This document shows, piece after piece, positions 37,358 through 50,909 of a stretch of DNA of 64,000 nucleotides. The notes under the pieces are model-generated. The model made no database searches, had not been told where the DNA came from, and saw nothing but the letters and a program-made list of their open reading frames with translations. Within the stretch, counting starts at the first letter, position 1. Each line of letters begins with the position of its first letter. The translations under genes and the position numbers were made by a program. Source of the stretch: Octopus bimaculoides (Eukaryota); contig NC_068982.1 in NCBI RefSeq assembly GCF_001194135.2, positions 172,743,677-172,807,676 of the forward strand, in the 5' to 3' direction.

Positions 37358-38178
37358 AAGAAATGAAGCTAGCCTGATCCGCTGGATGTGTAATGTCAGT
37401 GTGCACACACGACAGAGTGTAAGCACCCTGAGAGAAATGTTGGGCATAAGAAGCATAGGATGTGGTGTGCAAGAGAGACGTTTGCGCTGGTATGGTCATG
37501 TACTACAAATGGATGAGGTGAGCTGTGTGAAGAAGTGCCAATCCCAAACAGTGGAAGGAATCCGGGGTAGAGGGAAACCCAGGAAGATATGGGATGAGGT
37601 GGTGAAGCATGACCTTCGAACGTTGGGCCTCACAGAGGAAATGTCGAAAGACAGAGTCCTCTGGAGATATGCTGTGACTGAGAAAACCTGGCAAATAAAG
37701 TGAGATCTCAGCTGTAACCTACACCAGTGTTGCATAACCAGCCAACTCAAAAAGTACCCTTGGATCGTAGGGTGACATGCCGTGCTTGAGGAGACCTATT
37801 GAGTGAAGTCCATCAACATCAAAATGAAATCAAATCACAATCAAATGGAAATTGTAGTTGTGGTCTCCATGCCGGTGGCACATAAAAAGCACCATCCAAA
37901 TGTGCCTGATGCCAGCGCTGCCTTGACTGGCTCCCGTGCCGGCGGTACATAAAAAGCACCATCTGACCGTGGTCGAGGCCAGCCCCTTCTGGCCGGTGGC
38001 ACGTAAAAAGCACACCCTACATTCTCGGAGTGGTTGGCTTTAGGAAGGGCATCGAGCTGTAGAAACTTTGCCAGATCAGACTGGTGCCTGGTGCAACCTC
38101 CTGGCTTTCCAGACCCCAGTCGAACTGTCCAACCCATGCCAGCATGGGAAACGGACATTAAATGATGATGATGATGAT
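37358..38178 (+). mobile_element. 5'-truncated RTE-clade LINE: ORF C-terminus + 3' UTR + (GAT)n tail
   Basis: RNEASLIRWMCNVS...VQERRLRWYGHVLQM...GIRGRGKPRKIWDEVVKHDL...DRVLWRYAV (37358-37703, open) is the typical RTE C-terminus; UTR ends GGACATTAAATGATGATGAT. Confidence 0.92.
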
Positions 38179-39237
38179 TTTGTGCATTGTGGAAGTATAG
38201 TTGACTACTGTTTTTGAATAAGCAGTTATAAGACAATTGCATTCATCCCACTACAATTTGGAAAGATGAGATATGAATCAGTCTCGCTGACTGAACGCAA
38301 ATCTGAAATGTAAAGGGCCTGGAACTAAGCAGCAACATGATAAAGGATTTAGTTCAACGGGCCGCCCTTCGTTAAGAAACAGCATCAGCAACAACAGTAG
38401 TAGTTGTAGTAAAAAAAGAGCCCGAATTATTTCTGAGATTGGTGAGCAGTTATAAATCTGCAGGAGTCATGTGGTGTGTGTGAGATACAGCTCACTGAAT
38501 GGACCAAAGAAGATTATTAGGATTAGTACTTTTGTTTGTTTTTTTTTGTTTTTTTATATAATCGCATAAAATAATGTGGGGTGTTGTTAGTCTGAAGTTC
38601 AGCTGTTTCTATCAGTAAGGAAGTTTTGTATTTGAAATAAATGTTCACAGTTCAAACCTAGTCGAATGATATTGTGTATGAAAAGGTCTCCTTGATATCT
38701 TTGCATTTCATAATAAAGATTTGGCTGCTACATTTAGCATGCAAACTCCTGTTGCTAGTTAATATGGGTATCTTTGTGTAATAACACACACATATATACC
38801 AGAGTTGCTGGAAAATTTATTTTTACAGCTGGATGCATTCTCCCTTAGTGCCAGAATCGCTCAACCATGACAACCCATTCCCCCATACCCTGACAAGAAA
38901 TAGAAGGAATAATGATGATGGTGATGTAGAGGAGAGTAAGGAAGGTGCCAGTGTTAGTTTTTCTTCCCTTTGCTTCTCCTAATTAATGCCCGTGGGGGAA
39001 AAGGCATGAATGCCTGATCTTCTTATTACAACCTCTCTATCCCCTGTACATCTGCCACTGGAAAATCTGCCATGCCTAATTTGAAATGCATGATGTATAG
39101 AAAAAGCGAAAGGAAATAAACAAAAACATTTATAAATAAATGAAACAAATTAAACAACAAAAAAAGTCCAGAAAATATAAACAGTTTTATTTTTCAAAGA
39201 GTTCAACTAAAGGCCAGAATTTCATTTGGTGTATGTA

Positions 39238-39272
<35 letters not shown>

Positions 39273-39698
39273 TGGCATATAGTTCTTTCGTAAGTGCTCC
39301 GTGTATACTAAGGTTTCTTACTTGTCCTCCTGTGTTCCATGCCTCACTGTTTTCCTTTATGGTGTGTGTGTGTGTGTGTGTGGAAGATGGTGAACTGACA
39401 GAATCATTAGCATGCCAGACAAAATGCTTAGTAACATTTCTTCCAGCTTTACAATTTGAATTCAAAAGCTGCTAAGATCTTGTGGGGTCAATAATACAAA
39501 GTAGCAATTGAGCAATAGGATCAATGCAATCGACTAGCCTCTCCCTGAAATGAATTTTTTCAGGCCTTGTGGCCTACAGTACAAATAATTATATATGTAA
39601 ACATATACTTGCATGTGTGTCCACATATGTCTACGTATGTGTTTGTATGTACGAGCAGGGTAGAGTAGTGTTCAGTGGAAGCAGTCAGAGTTTATGTA

Positions 39699-39850
39699 CG
39701 AGGTCCAATCAATAAGTATCCAGACTGGGGCTATAAAAATAAAACTACAACATGTACCAATTTGGCATTTGATCTCCTTCAATGTAGTCCCTTTTGGAAG
39801 CCACACACTTAATCCAATGTTGTTTCCATTGATGGAAGCATTTTTGTTAT
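39699..39850 (-). mobile_element. Mariner transposon 3' end fragment with TIR
   Basis: TA|CGAGGTCCAATCAATAAGTATCCAGACTG terminus; minus-strand CFHQWKQHWIKCVASKRDYIEGD matches the mariner C-terminus. Confidence 0.8.
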
Positions 39851-41256
39851 GTACGCTGCTTCTTGTGTCAAAAATAGTCGTTGTTTTGTCACCTGAGTAG
39901 TGATGCAGTGAGTCATTCATTAGTTGCAAATTAGTGCATGTGTGTTGACCACTCTGTCTTCCTTACAACCTCTTAACTAATTTTATGCTCTTTGTTGTAG
40001 CTGCCAGCATCAGTCCTTAACCACCATATCATTCTGTTGCTCATTAATACTACCTTGACTGTAGCCATTTAACACTATCATATATTCTATCTACTGCCAA
40101 GGTACCTTGTGCTAGGAGAGCACTCACACACCAAGAGTATACTAAGCTAAAAAATAGGTAACCCTTTCTGTCCTCCTCCTATTCTTAACCCCTATCCAAA
40201 CCATGTGGCTGAGATATATCTGTTTGTAAGTTGATCTGTGTGACTGCTTGTACCCCCACTACAATCTACTACTCAATCCTACCTCTACTATGCTTGCCAC
40301 CCTCATGATATATTCCTGTCTAGGACTAAGCTAATAGTTCTGATGGCAATAGTGGGGGTGGGGGTGGGGGGTGGCTGTTGCTGGTAGTAGTGGTTGAGAT
40401 TGGAAAGTATGTATGTATGCATATATGGGCGATCAAATTTATGTTGCTGAAGTTTGTGGTGGTAGCAGCAGTTAGGGTCCGTTGTTGGAAGTAGGGTTAT
40501 GGTATACGCGTTTTTTATACATGTGTATGTGTGTGTGTATATGCATATATGTATGCATATTGACTGTGTGTGTTCATGTAAGTCAGAGATGGTGTTTCTT
40601 TCAAAATTTGTTAAAACCATGATTTTGTTGAAGTTTGATCTTCATTATTAGAAATATTATACCAGTTTATACGTTTCTTTCATTTGTTCTTTATATTTGA
40701 CTAAATTCATTAGGCCAACATTTCATGATCTTCAGTTTTATTTTCATAATAACCAGTTGTAATGACACAGTCACTACATTCTAAGGCTCGTGGGAATGGC
40801 TAAGGTCTGATAAAATTTTCAATACCAGATTTCAAATTATTTGAAGATCTTGAAATATCTATTTGATGTATTTAGAAACTTTATGTTGTACTTAGAAGGA
40901 AGGAAGAAAAATTATAAATAAAAGAGATCAAATTTAAATATACTTGTGTTTTTAATAACACAGATATATACATACATATATGCATTATATATATTCGCCT
41001 GTTGTAGGTCTATTTTTCCATGCTTGCATGGGTTGGACAAATATGTTATTTGGGTCAATGTTTTACAGCTGAATGGTCTTGTCAGCATTAACCCTTTCCT
41101 GTTCTTCGAGTAAGGGATCAGACTGTGGGTATAGTGCAATAGCAGAAGACACTTGTCCAAGGTGCCACACAATGGGAATAAGCCCCGAAACCATGTGGGT
41201 GGGAAGCAAATTCTTACTGCACAGCCATGGTGTGTGTGTGTATGTATGTATGTATG

Positions 41257-41307
<51 letters not shown>

Positions 41308-41319
41308 ACACAGTTCATG

Positions 41320-41464
41320 GCGTTAGGAAGGGCATCCAGCTGTAGAAACTCTGCCAAATTTAGATTGGAGCCTGGTGTTGCCATCCGGTCTCACCAGTCC
41401 TCAGTCAAATCGTCCAACCCATGCTAGCATGGAAAGCGGACGTTAAACGATGATGATGATGATG
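41320..41464 (+). mobile_element. Young RTE 3' end with (GAT)n tail
   Basis: About 3 differences from the reverse complement of 63720-63866; CpGs intact. Confidence 0.92.
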
Positions 41465-42852
41465 AACTTAGGAGTCTGTGGCCATCCGGTACAATATGTA
41501 CATATACACACTGGTGCAGTGGCAACATAGTCATACTAGGTTAGAAGCCATGGGGCAGGGCAAACATCTGGAATGATACATTATAGTTTGGGCATGCCCC
41601 ATGTCGGATACTGTGCAAGGTCTGAAGATATGTTCAGCCACTTTGGCAGTCTTCTGCATTCTTGTACAAGCTCATTTGTCTTGACTTTATCTTGCCACTA
41701 GGCATGCTGTGTGTGAATAAGTGAATCTGATATGCATGCAGCACCTACTTTAAAAAAATAACACTTTGCACTTGTCTAGCATCTGCGTTCAGTAAGATTA
41801 TGTGGCACACAATTGACAGGCCTCCATCTCAGAAACAAATAGTCTTCTGTTGGTGGCTAGGGTATTCCTCACATCTGCAACAATGAAACCTCACCACTTC
41901 CATAGTTCGGGTACATGGAGGGTGTAGTAAAAGCTTCAAGGTAAGTCTGACTGCTATTTCTAGCAGGGAATGTTACTATATAGATGTCATCCTGGTTTAC
42001 CTGTAAATGGTTAATAGGGTTGCAAATAAGTTTTGTAGAGTTTGTGAAGTTTGCATGAGAATATGGGTGGTGATAGCAATAATAATAGTATTTGTAGTTG
42101 GTGGTTGGCGAGTCTGGCTTAAAGGTGGTGGTGGTGGTGGTGGTGGTAGCAACGGAATATTTAGAAGTGGCATGAAGAAGGATGTTTGAACAAAATGCTT
42201 TGCGCATGGTGGTGAATGTGTTGGTGGTGTTTTAGATAGTTTTTTTTTATGGTAGTTGAGAGGTGTGGGTTCTGGGCTTCAAGTGGTGGTGGTCGTGGGT
42301 GGAGTGAGAGGGGGTACCAGTGAGGTATTTGAAATGCTGGATATAGTCAGAATATCTGTTTATTTGTAAACTGAATTCACTTTTTGTCAGTCCTGTTGCC
42401 NNNNNNNNNNNNNNNNNNNNNNNNNNNNNNNNNNNGTGTGTGTGTGTGTGTGTGTGTGGTGAATGAGGCTGTATTCTTTTGTTTGTCTTTGGATCTCCCT
42501 CTCCCTCTTCTACTTTTCTAACCCATCAACTCAAATTTGTAGTTAAATAAAACATGTGTACACTAAAAGAAAAAAATATTGCTGGGAAAATTATTTTATG
42601 TTTTCAGAGATTTCAGTCTTACACACACACACACACAATGTGTGTGTGTGCGTGTGTGAGGACCTCCACTGGCACATACATACATACACACATATTATCC
42701 CTACATGCCTGCTCTCCAGAAATAAAAAAGGAAAGAAACAAATTTTGGAATCTTGGTAACTTGCTTTATTATCTTAAATAAGAATGATAACAATAATAAG
42801 TAATTTCTTAAATTTGGCATGAATAATAATAATAATAATAATGATAATAATA

Positions 42853-42883
<31 letters not shown>

Positions 42884-43656
42884 TAATAATAGTGGCAATA
42901 AGAATGGTTATTCATGTCTTATTTTTTTATGTCTATTTATTTTGATGATGCAGAAAGGCAAATAGTTTTTTGTGGAAGACAGGATAGAGTCAGTTAGTTA
43001 ATTGATTTGACCTGAGTATATACATTTTTTTCTTTTGCTTATTCATATCAAAAGAAGGTTGCTATGGAAAATGTGATTCTCAAGAGTATTTCGGTTCCAA
43101 AAACAGAATGTGCAAAACCACATACGCGCACTCGCGTGCACACACATACACACACATCTTAAGGTTCTGGAAGGATTAGAAAAACAGTTAATTCCAATGC
43201 AGCACTCAGTTCAAGCTTAAGGCTGTCTTATAACTCGTGAATTATCTTGAGTTAGATCGAAATCTTTCAGGTGTAGAAAATCCAGGTGTCACATCATTAA
43301 CACCAACGTGTGGGTTTAGGAAAGAGTAAAAAAAAATAATAATCTAAATAAGAAGACAAAAGCCCCTTTGTCTTGATATTTTGATTATTTATATATAACC
43401 ATCCTCAACATTTCACATCTGTTTTCCTATGCTGGCATGGGTTAGATGGCATGACAGGAATTGGTAAAGTCAGGGGCCTCTAGCTATGACTTCTTCTTTT
43501 CTTTTCTTTTTTTTTTTTGTATGTGTTTTTGATTAATGACAGTCAGGACTGCATTGCCTAATGTCCTCTCCTTTATTCAGCATAGTTTGGTTGTGATTTG
43601 AGGGAGATATTGATTACTATTTCTAGCAGACTGAACCAGCAAGTATGGGTTCCCTC

Positions 43657-43691
<35 letters not shown>

Positions 43692-44126
43692 CTTCTAAGC
43701 AATTTCAGCATATGTTTCTATTACTGTTGTTTGTGTCTAGGTGGGATGATTTGGTTGGTTGCAGTATGTCCAGATCAGTCTGTTCCTTTTTTTTACATAA
43801 CTGGCAACTGTTACATAGATCTTTTTCTTTTCTTTTCTTTTTTTTTGTTTGTACAGTTTTTAATTTTCTTTTTTGTTATTTTGTGTGTGATTTGCATGGG
43901 CGGGATGATATTTCTGTTGGAACATTTATTTTTACAGCTGGATACCATTCCAACTGTTAGCCATTCAACCATGAAGTAAGGAGTGTAAGCCTATTTCATG
44001 GCGCTGTGGCAAACTGGGACGAGCAGAGTTACGTGCCTTGTTTAGGGTCACACCACAATGGCTGTAAAATTTGGGAGTTTTGACCCTATAAACAATCTCT
44101 TGTAATAATTGTTCCTAAACGCACAT

Positions 44127-44161
<35 letters not shown>

Positions 44162-44264
44162 TTAGATAGACAGAGACAGAGACAGAGTGAGAGGTGCTGA
44201 TGTGTACACAGTTTAGCGTTTTGAATGCAGATGATATATTAGAAATATCGTCATTATTTAACGA

Positions 44265-44860
44265 TGGTGGATTAGCAGAAATGTTAGGGCATTAAGAATA
44301 AACGTTTTGCAGTGTTTCTTCCAAATCTTGTGTTTTTGAGTTCAAATCTCACTTAGGTCAACATTGTCTTTCATCATTTCAGAGTCAATAAAACAAGTGC
44401 CAGTCAGTTATCAAGGTGATGGCAAAACTATTAGCATGCTTAATGGCATTTTTCCCTGGCTCTTTACTGTTTGAGTTCAAAAACCGCCAAGATTGACTTT
44501 GACTTTCGTCATTTTGGGGTGGATAAAATAAATGCCTGTCAAGTACTGGGGTTGACATAATTGACTTCCTCCCCCTCTCAAAAAGTGCTGGCTTTGTGCC
44601 AAAATTTGAAACCACCACCACCATCATCATCATCATTATTATTTAGGCAGTGTGCTGGCAAAATGCTTAGGGATATTTCATCCGGCTTTTCATTCTGAGT
44701 TCAAATTCTGCTGAGGTCAACTTTGCCTTTCATCTTTCTGGCTTGGGGGTGGGGTCGATGAAATAAGTACCAGTGAAACACTGGGGTTGGTATAATCGAC
44801 TATCCTCCTCCCCCAAAATTTTAGGCCTTGTGCCCTTAGTAGAAAGGATTATTATCATTG
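44265..44860 (+). mobile_element. Three head-to-tail SINE family C copies
   Basis: GAGTTCAAA.. at ~44338, ~44473 and ~44697; the last two copies end in ..TTGTGCC.. followed by (ACC)/(ATC)/(ATT) repeats. Confidence 0.8.
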
Positions 44861-45263
44861 TGTGACTTGCACTGCTATATTTACATAAGTTCAGGCTTTT
44901 TGGATTCACTTGTGCCATATTGGGATTGCTAGCAATGCCAAACATCTGTTCCTATCATTCTCCCCACCACCTTTGGAAATCCCTTCCCTTTTTCTCCAGA
45001 TAAAGAAAAAAAGAAAGTAAATTCCCCCTGTTGTAAGGTTTTGTTAGATAGTTAACAATTTTCAATTTTTATCACAGATGGATTTGAGAAGCCATTAGAA
45101 GAGTTGTTGTGGTGCCACTATAATGATGTATTGATGAGGCATGAATACCTCAGCCTCATTTTATATTCCTTTCTGCTGAGAAAAAAAAAAAATTAAGGCT
45201 TTGTTAAAAAGGAAAGACTGGAACACTTTTAATTCCTTTTCTTTTTCACCCACTTCAAAGAGA

Positions 45264-45298
<35 letters not shown>

Positions 45299-45308
45299 NN
45301 NNNNNNNN

Positions 45309-45343
<35 letters not shown>

Positions 45344-45745
45344 TGAGTAGTTGGTATTTGTAAAGGATATTCTTTCCTTTTTCCAAGTCTACTGGGTACA
45401 AAAGGTTGTATTTTTTTAGGGGTTTTTGTTGTTTTTTAGCCTAGATTGTTGACTGCAAATGTAATAAGACATATTTAGAAACATCTGAAAATAAAATCTA
45501 AAATTTTTTCCTTCTTTCATTATTCATATTAATTACTGTTGTTTCAGCCGCCACCAGCACACCCTACCATCACCATCGTCACTGTTGCTGTCCCCATCCT
45601 ACAATAAAAACATACCACTATAACCACCCATCACTAGTAATATCAACATCCACACCACCATCTGCATGCAACAGCACTATGACTTCTACAGCTGCTGCTG
45701 CTACTACTCCTACTACTACTCCTACTACTACTCCTACTACTCCTA

Positions 45746-45776
<31 letters not shown>

Positions 45777-46235
45777 AACAACTACCACCCTTTCACTGAT
45801 ATCAACCATTACTGAATATCCCAACCACCTCCACCATTTGTAACAACAGCAGCATTGCCATCGTTATCATGGTCGTTTATTTGTCCCTTCCTCAATATAC
45901 ATAAATACCAGCAACAGTAGCAACATCACTACCACACCATCATCATCATCATCATTGTTTCAGCAACAACAACTTCTAAAATGGGCCTTGGCAAACCTTT
46001 TTATTTTAAGAAGTGGGCTGCATGAGACATGGCTCATCATAAAGGTGAGCTGCTTTACTAAAGCAATTCAAGGTAATTTTTCATTAGGTATGCTATTCAG
46101 AAAGCCTTGCTGTCCACAGACTGTTCTTCACTGCTCTAACATCTACTGGTAGCAACTTATTCATTATCATACATACTATTATCAAGACAAGAAGAACCAC
46201 CGCGGTAACCATCATCACTAATAATGATGGTCAGT

Positions 46236-46760
46236 TGAAGGCAGGTGGCTTAGCGGTTAACCCTTTTAGTATTCAGATTATCCTGTCAAAAGTAATGTCT
46301 ATTTATTCACACGTCTTTAATTAATCGTGCATTATCTTGTAGCTTTGAGATTTTGACGAGGTAACTGTTAATTTTTAGAATGAGATTGTAGGGTTGGTGT
46401 GGGAAACCACATCTAGCCAGTTTGAAAATAAAAGAGGTAAAATATTTTGGCCGGATATGGCCAGTTAAGGTATTCAGCTCACAAATCAATCATAAGGTCA
46501 TGAGTTTGATTCCTGGTGGTGTTTTGTGCCCTTGAGCAAGGCACTTCACTTCACATTGCTTCACTCCATTCAGCTGGCAAAAGTTAGTTGCACTTGTAAT
46601 TTAGAAGAGCCAACATTGTTGCGTTGTGTCTGGCTGGATCTCCTCGAGAACTATGTTAAGGGTACGCATGTCTGTAGAGTGCTCAGCCACTTGTACGTTA
46701 ATTTCACGAGCAGGCTGTTCCGTTGATTGGATCAACTGGAACACTCATAACTGACCGAGA
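46236..46760 (+). mobile_element. SINE family D interrupted by a TTAA MITE (46257-46468)
   Basis: TGAAGGCAGGTGGCTTAGCGG-TTAA[MITE]TTAA-GGTATTCAGCTCAC...GAGTTTGATTCC...CAGGCTGTTCCGTTGATTGGATCAACTGGAAC. Confidence 0.8.
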
Positions 46761-47414
46761 GCCAGGCCAGTGGTCAGTTGCAGTAGCTTCATCTTTTTGT
46801 CATTGAAAGTCAGAGTGACAGTTTTTTTTTTTTTTAACCTAGTTAGTCACAGGAAAAGAAGTTTTGTGGTTGGGGTATTGGGCCGGTGGTCATAAGGTTG
46901 TGGGTGGGCTTGATTTGTGAGCTGGGTGGCTTCTTGTGTGAAACGATGTGCCATGCGCATGCTACCTCCTTTCACATTGCTCCACACTCGTTGGTAGTCT
47001 CTTGAATTAGAGAGAGATTGTAGGGACCAGCTGTATGCAAGCCCACTATTTCGATCAAATTGACATTGCCTATATAAGTGCAAGGTATGTCACATTGTGT
47101 TACAAAGTGATTGCAGAGCAACATGAAATGAAATGTTTTTCTCAAGAACACAATGCACCGCCTGGTCCTGGAATTGAAACCGTAATCTTGTGATTGTGAG
47201 TGTAACGACATAACCTCTTGGGTATATGCCTGCACTACTCAGCTGGAAATGTACCAGCTGACTGTTGGTGTAGTCCTTTCTTCCTCCAGCTGTCACATCT
47301 TGGATGTCCCAGTGGATGAGGACTAAAAAGGGTCGAGAGAGTGCTTGTGTCTGCTCACAATTGCATAGGCACCATAAAATATGGTTCAAACCACCAAGTT
47401 ATATTCGTTTGCAG

Positions 47415-47471
47415 GTGGACACCAGGTGCGAGTGACTATCATAAACGTAGTACCAGATATTAATGGCAACA
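47415..47471 (+). other. Candidate 57-nt symmetric (phase 1-1) exon GHQVRVTIINVVPDINGN
   Basis: ATTCGTTTGCAG| acceptor, ACA|GTATGG donor, only one open frame, local CpG retention. Confidence 0.35.
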
Positions 47472-47678
47472 GTATGGCATTAGCGAATCCCCAAACCCAG
47501 TATTTGGTTACATTATGACACCACTGCTATTGCTGCCTACCATTACCAGTCACAGAATAATCTACGTTTACCCGAGAAAGATGAACAGCAGTCAACCCAA
47601 ATGGGTTGTTTCAACTCTGCTACCGCCACCATTGTGGTTGCTCAACTTGCTAGAAATAGTTGCCAGACCTGCCTCAAG

Positions 47679-47713
<35 letters not shown>

Positions 47714-48062
47714 TGCTTTGAAAAAAAGATACTTTTGATATTGTAATCTAAGCTCCTGTAAAAAGGGATTTAAAAAAAAAAAAACAGAGCAACAAGGTGT
47801 CCCTTTCTTGAGCTCCTTTGATCAAAGGTTGACTGGATCAGGGCTGACGTTGTACTAAATAACTCCCACACAACTCTAGCTGCTATGTTCTCCGACTACA
47901 CCACCATTTTAAATTAATTAGTTTATTTGTTTGTTTATGAAGTTCAACCAGAGTGTTTATAGCTGATGAAAAGGAGGGTGTACTTTTTGTTTTGTGTTGG
48001 CATTGAATTTACTTCCAGAATGTGGAATATGAATACATCTAAGGCAACTCTTTGTGTATGTA

Positions 48063-48094
<32 letters not shown>

Positions 48095-49624
48095 ATATAT
48101 ATAGCTCATGTATAAAAATGTGTATATGTATTCATTGTGAGGGGAGGTGTTTATTTAGTAAATACATATGTCTGTGCCAAACAGGGTGTTTACTTTATAC
48201 ATATGCGTGTGTGTGTGTGTGACTTTAAAGGCTTGTGAAATATTAAGTGACTTGGACCATCCCATATTTAAAAAAAATTTTTGGTCTTATTTTAAATGTT
48301 ACCATGAACTGGAACATTCCATATCAGCCAAACAACTGTTGTATGTGGGTAGTATGTTTAGTAGAGAATCTCAGCTAAGCTTTACAACTATCGCTCAGTG
48401 TCAAGGAACAGAGACAATATCTCTCTCTATCTCACACACACACACACACACAAAACACAGATAGACCTAAATGAGAAGTAGTCAGGGCAAACTCACTGAG
48501 TAACAGATGGAGAAGTGTCAGTTTTGCTTATCGAATCCTCCAATCTACACTAGCAGAAGACATGGTGATGATACATTCTGACCATTTTATTGCTCTGTTT
48601 TTCTGTTGGAAAGCAGAGAGTTGTCATGGTTACCTCATTGAGCAGCTTGAGGTACCATGAAGAAGTTGTTTGCTTGGCTTGACATCCTTCTTTTGTTATA
48701 TTGTTGTTGTTGTTGTTTTTTGAGTTGAGCTGAATGAATGCAATTTCTGATTGCTTTGGAGCATTTGATTAGGAATTCTAGCCATGGCCATTCAGCCCCA
48801 AGCCCTGTGTTTTTTTTTTAATTGAGTTATTTCATTTTCAGACATGTTGTTCAATGATTAGGAAATCAAACTACAAGGTCCTCGCTTTATTTTAGAAATG
48901 TTTGAGAGTTTATTGAAGATTTGGTTACCGAATCGAGCTCTGGTGAATGCTGACAAGTGGAATTTCTTTGGTGTTGAGTTCCTGTTTGTTTTGTTCTCAA
49001 GATTTGTGAATAGAACATATAGATCTATGATCTAAGTGTTCTAACTATGATTGTTTCATTTCCTCTTTAGACATAGTGTATTTAGAATCACGTCAGCAAT
49101 TTGATTCTAACCATTATGGGCTTCATCAAATTAGAGTGGAGTATAAGGAAACCTGCGCCTGGTTTTAAGACCAAGTAGTAGATCAACAGGCAAGTAGATG
49201 GTGCTCCATACACTTCATCTTAGACTGGAATCACTTTACAGTGATCAGGGGTAGACATTGATACAGACAATGACTACTACTCCCTTCCTCTTAGTGTGTG
49301 TATGTGTATGAAGAGAAAGATAACAGTTCCTCATGTTTTTTTAACTGTTGTATTGTATGTATGAGACCATGTAGAAGACTCATTGGAACATTAGATAAAA
49401 CACCTTGCGGTATTTCTAACCTCTATGTTCTGGGTTCAAATCTTGCTAATAAAATAAGTACGAGTCAAGTACTAGGGTCGATATAAGCGCCTGTTCCTCT
49501 CCTTCAAATTGCTGGCCTTGTGCCTAAGTTAGAAATTGTTGTTGTTGATCATCACCATCATCATTATTATTATTATTATTATTAGCTCCAACTTCATCTT
49601 CATCTCATAACTTCTCCAAGACAG

Positions 49625-49688
49625 GATATCATAATAGAGTAGGAAATGAAGCTTGAAGAGTCTGCTCTACTTATATTTCGAAATCTAG
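49625..49688 (+). other. Candidate exon with start codon (49646: MKLEESALLIFRNL, phase 1)
   Basis: TCTAG|GTGAGT donor, pyrimidine-rich upstream, in-frame TAG just before GAA-ATG. Confidence 0.25.
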
Positions 49689-50021
49689 GTGAGTGGTGTT
49701 GGTTTGTTTGAAAAACCTTGAAGCACTTAGGCCTCATTACAAGATCAGATTTAATCTCTTAAGCTGTGGTTTGTCATAAAAGGGTTTGTCTTTTTTTATT
49801 TTTTATCTTTTGTATGTGTGTGTGTGTGTGTGTGTGTAACTCTCTTCTCGTTGTTGTTGCTTATTTATTTTGACTGTATTTTCAGTTTCTCAGACTGTTT
49901 GGCAGAGAGAAGAGGGGAAGAAGTGTGGGTGATATAAGAGTGAAATATGAGAGAGAGAAAGAGAGAGAGAAGGGTGTATGTGATTTGACTGTTGTCATCA
50001 GTAGTGAGTTTGTGGACAGAA

Positions 50022-50061
<40 letters not shown>

Positions 50062-50319
50062 GGCAATTGGTGGAATTCAGTGATGTAGGTTGCATTTGGA
50101 ACATGCAACAAAAATACCATGCAGTATTTAGTTAAGTCTCTCTGTCCTGTGTAGAGTTCATGTTAGGGTTGACTTTTGTCTTTCCTCCTTCTGGGGGTTA
50201 TAATAGTCAAGTACTGGGGTTGATTTAACTAATTCGCAAATTTCTGGCCTTGTGTTTGTACTAGAAATTATTATTTCATATAATGTGTGTGTGTGTGTGT
50301 GTGTGTGTGTGATTGAAAT

Positions 50320-50700
50320 GTTTACCTCCCAGTTACATGGTTTCGTGTTCATTCTCACTTTGTGGTGTCTCAGATTAGTGTCTTTATTATCGCCCTGGGC
50401 CAATCAAAGACTTGTGAAAGGATTTGATAGGTGGATTGAAAGAAACCCATTTGTGTGTGTGTGTGTGTGTGTGTGTACAAATGTGAGTGTATTGATGTTT
50501 GTGTCTCCTTGTCTTAACATTACATTCATTTCAATATTTTGCAAAAGCAAGTTCTGGCTGTGTGGAAATATTACCCCTTGTTTGGAAACAGGTTAGTGCT
50601 GGTGATAGGAAGGGCCTCCGGCTGTAGAAAATCTAACTCGATAAAATCCATCATTACCAGTTTGGAAAAGTGGACATTAAAACAATGTTGTTGATAAGGA
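50320..50700 (+). mobile_element. SINE family A with RTE-like tail
   Basis: Head remnant + (TG)n + GGAAACAGG...GGAAGGGCCTCCGGCTGTAGAAAA...GGAAAAGTGGACATTAAAAC. Confidence 0.75.
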
Positions 50701-50909
50701 GGAGGAGGAAGAGGTAACCGAAAGCATATGTACGGTTCAGAATACTTTGTTGTATCTTTGGCAGTTGTCTTTTATGTTAGCATCACTTTAACTATTGTGA
50801 AATTTGCTGGAGGGAAACTATAGAGAAGTCTGTTGTATGTATCTATAAGACTGTGGACATGCGCCCCTATGTTTTTGTTTGGACATCTTAGATAGTACTG
50901 ATATTTGTT

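Noticed and set aside
41906-41946. 35-nt candidate exon ending AAG|GTAAGT
   Set aside because: Good donor but weak acceptor and no supporting context.
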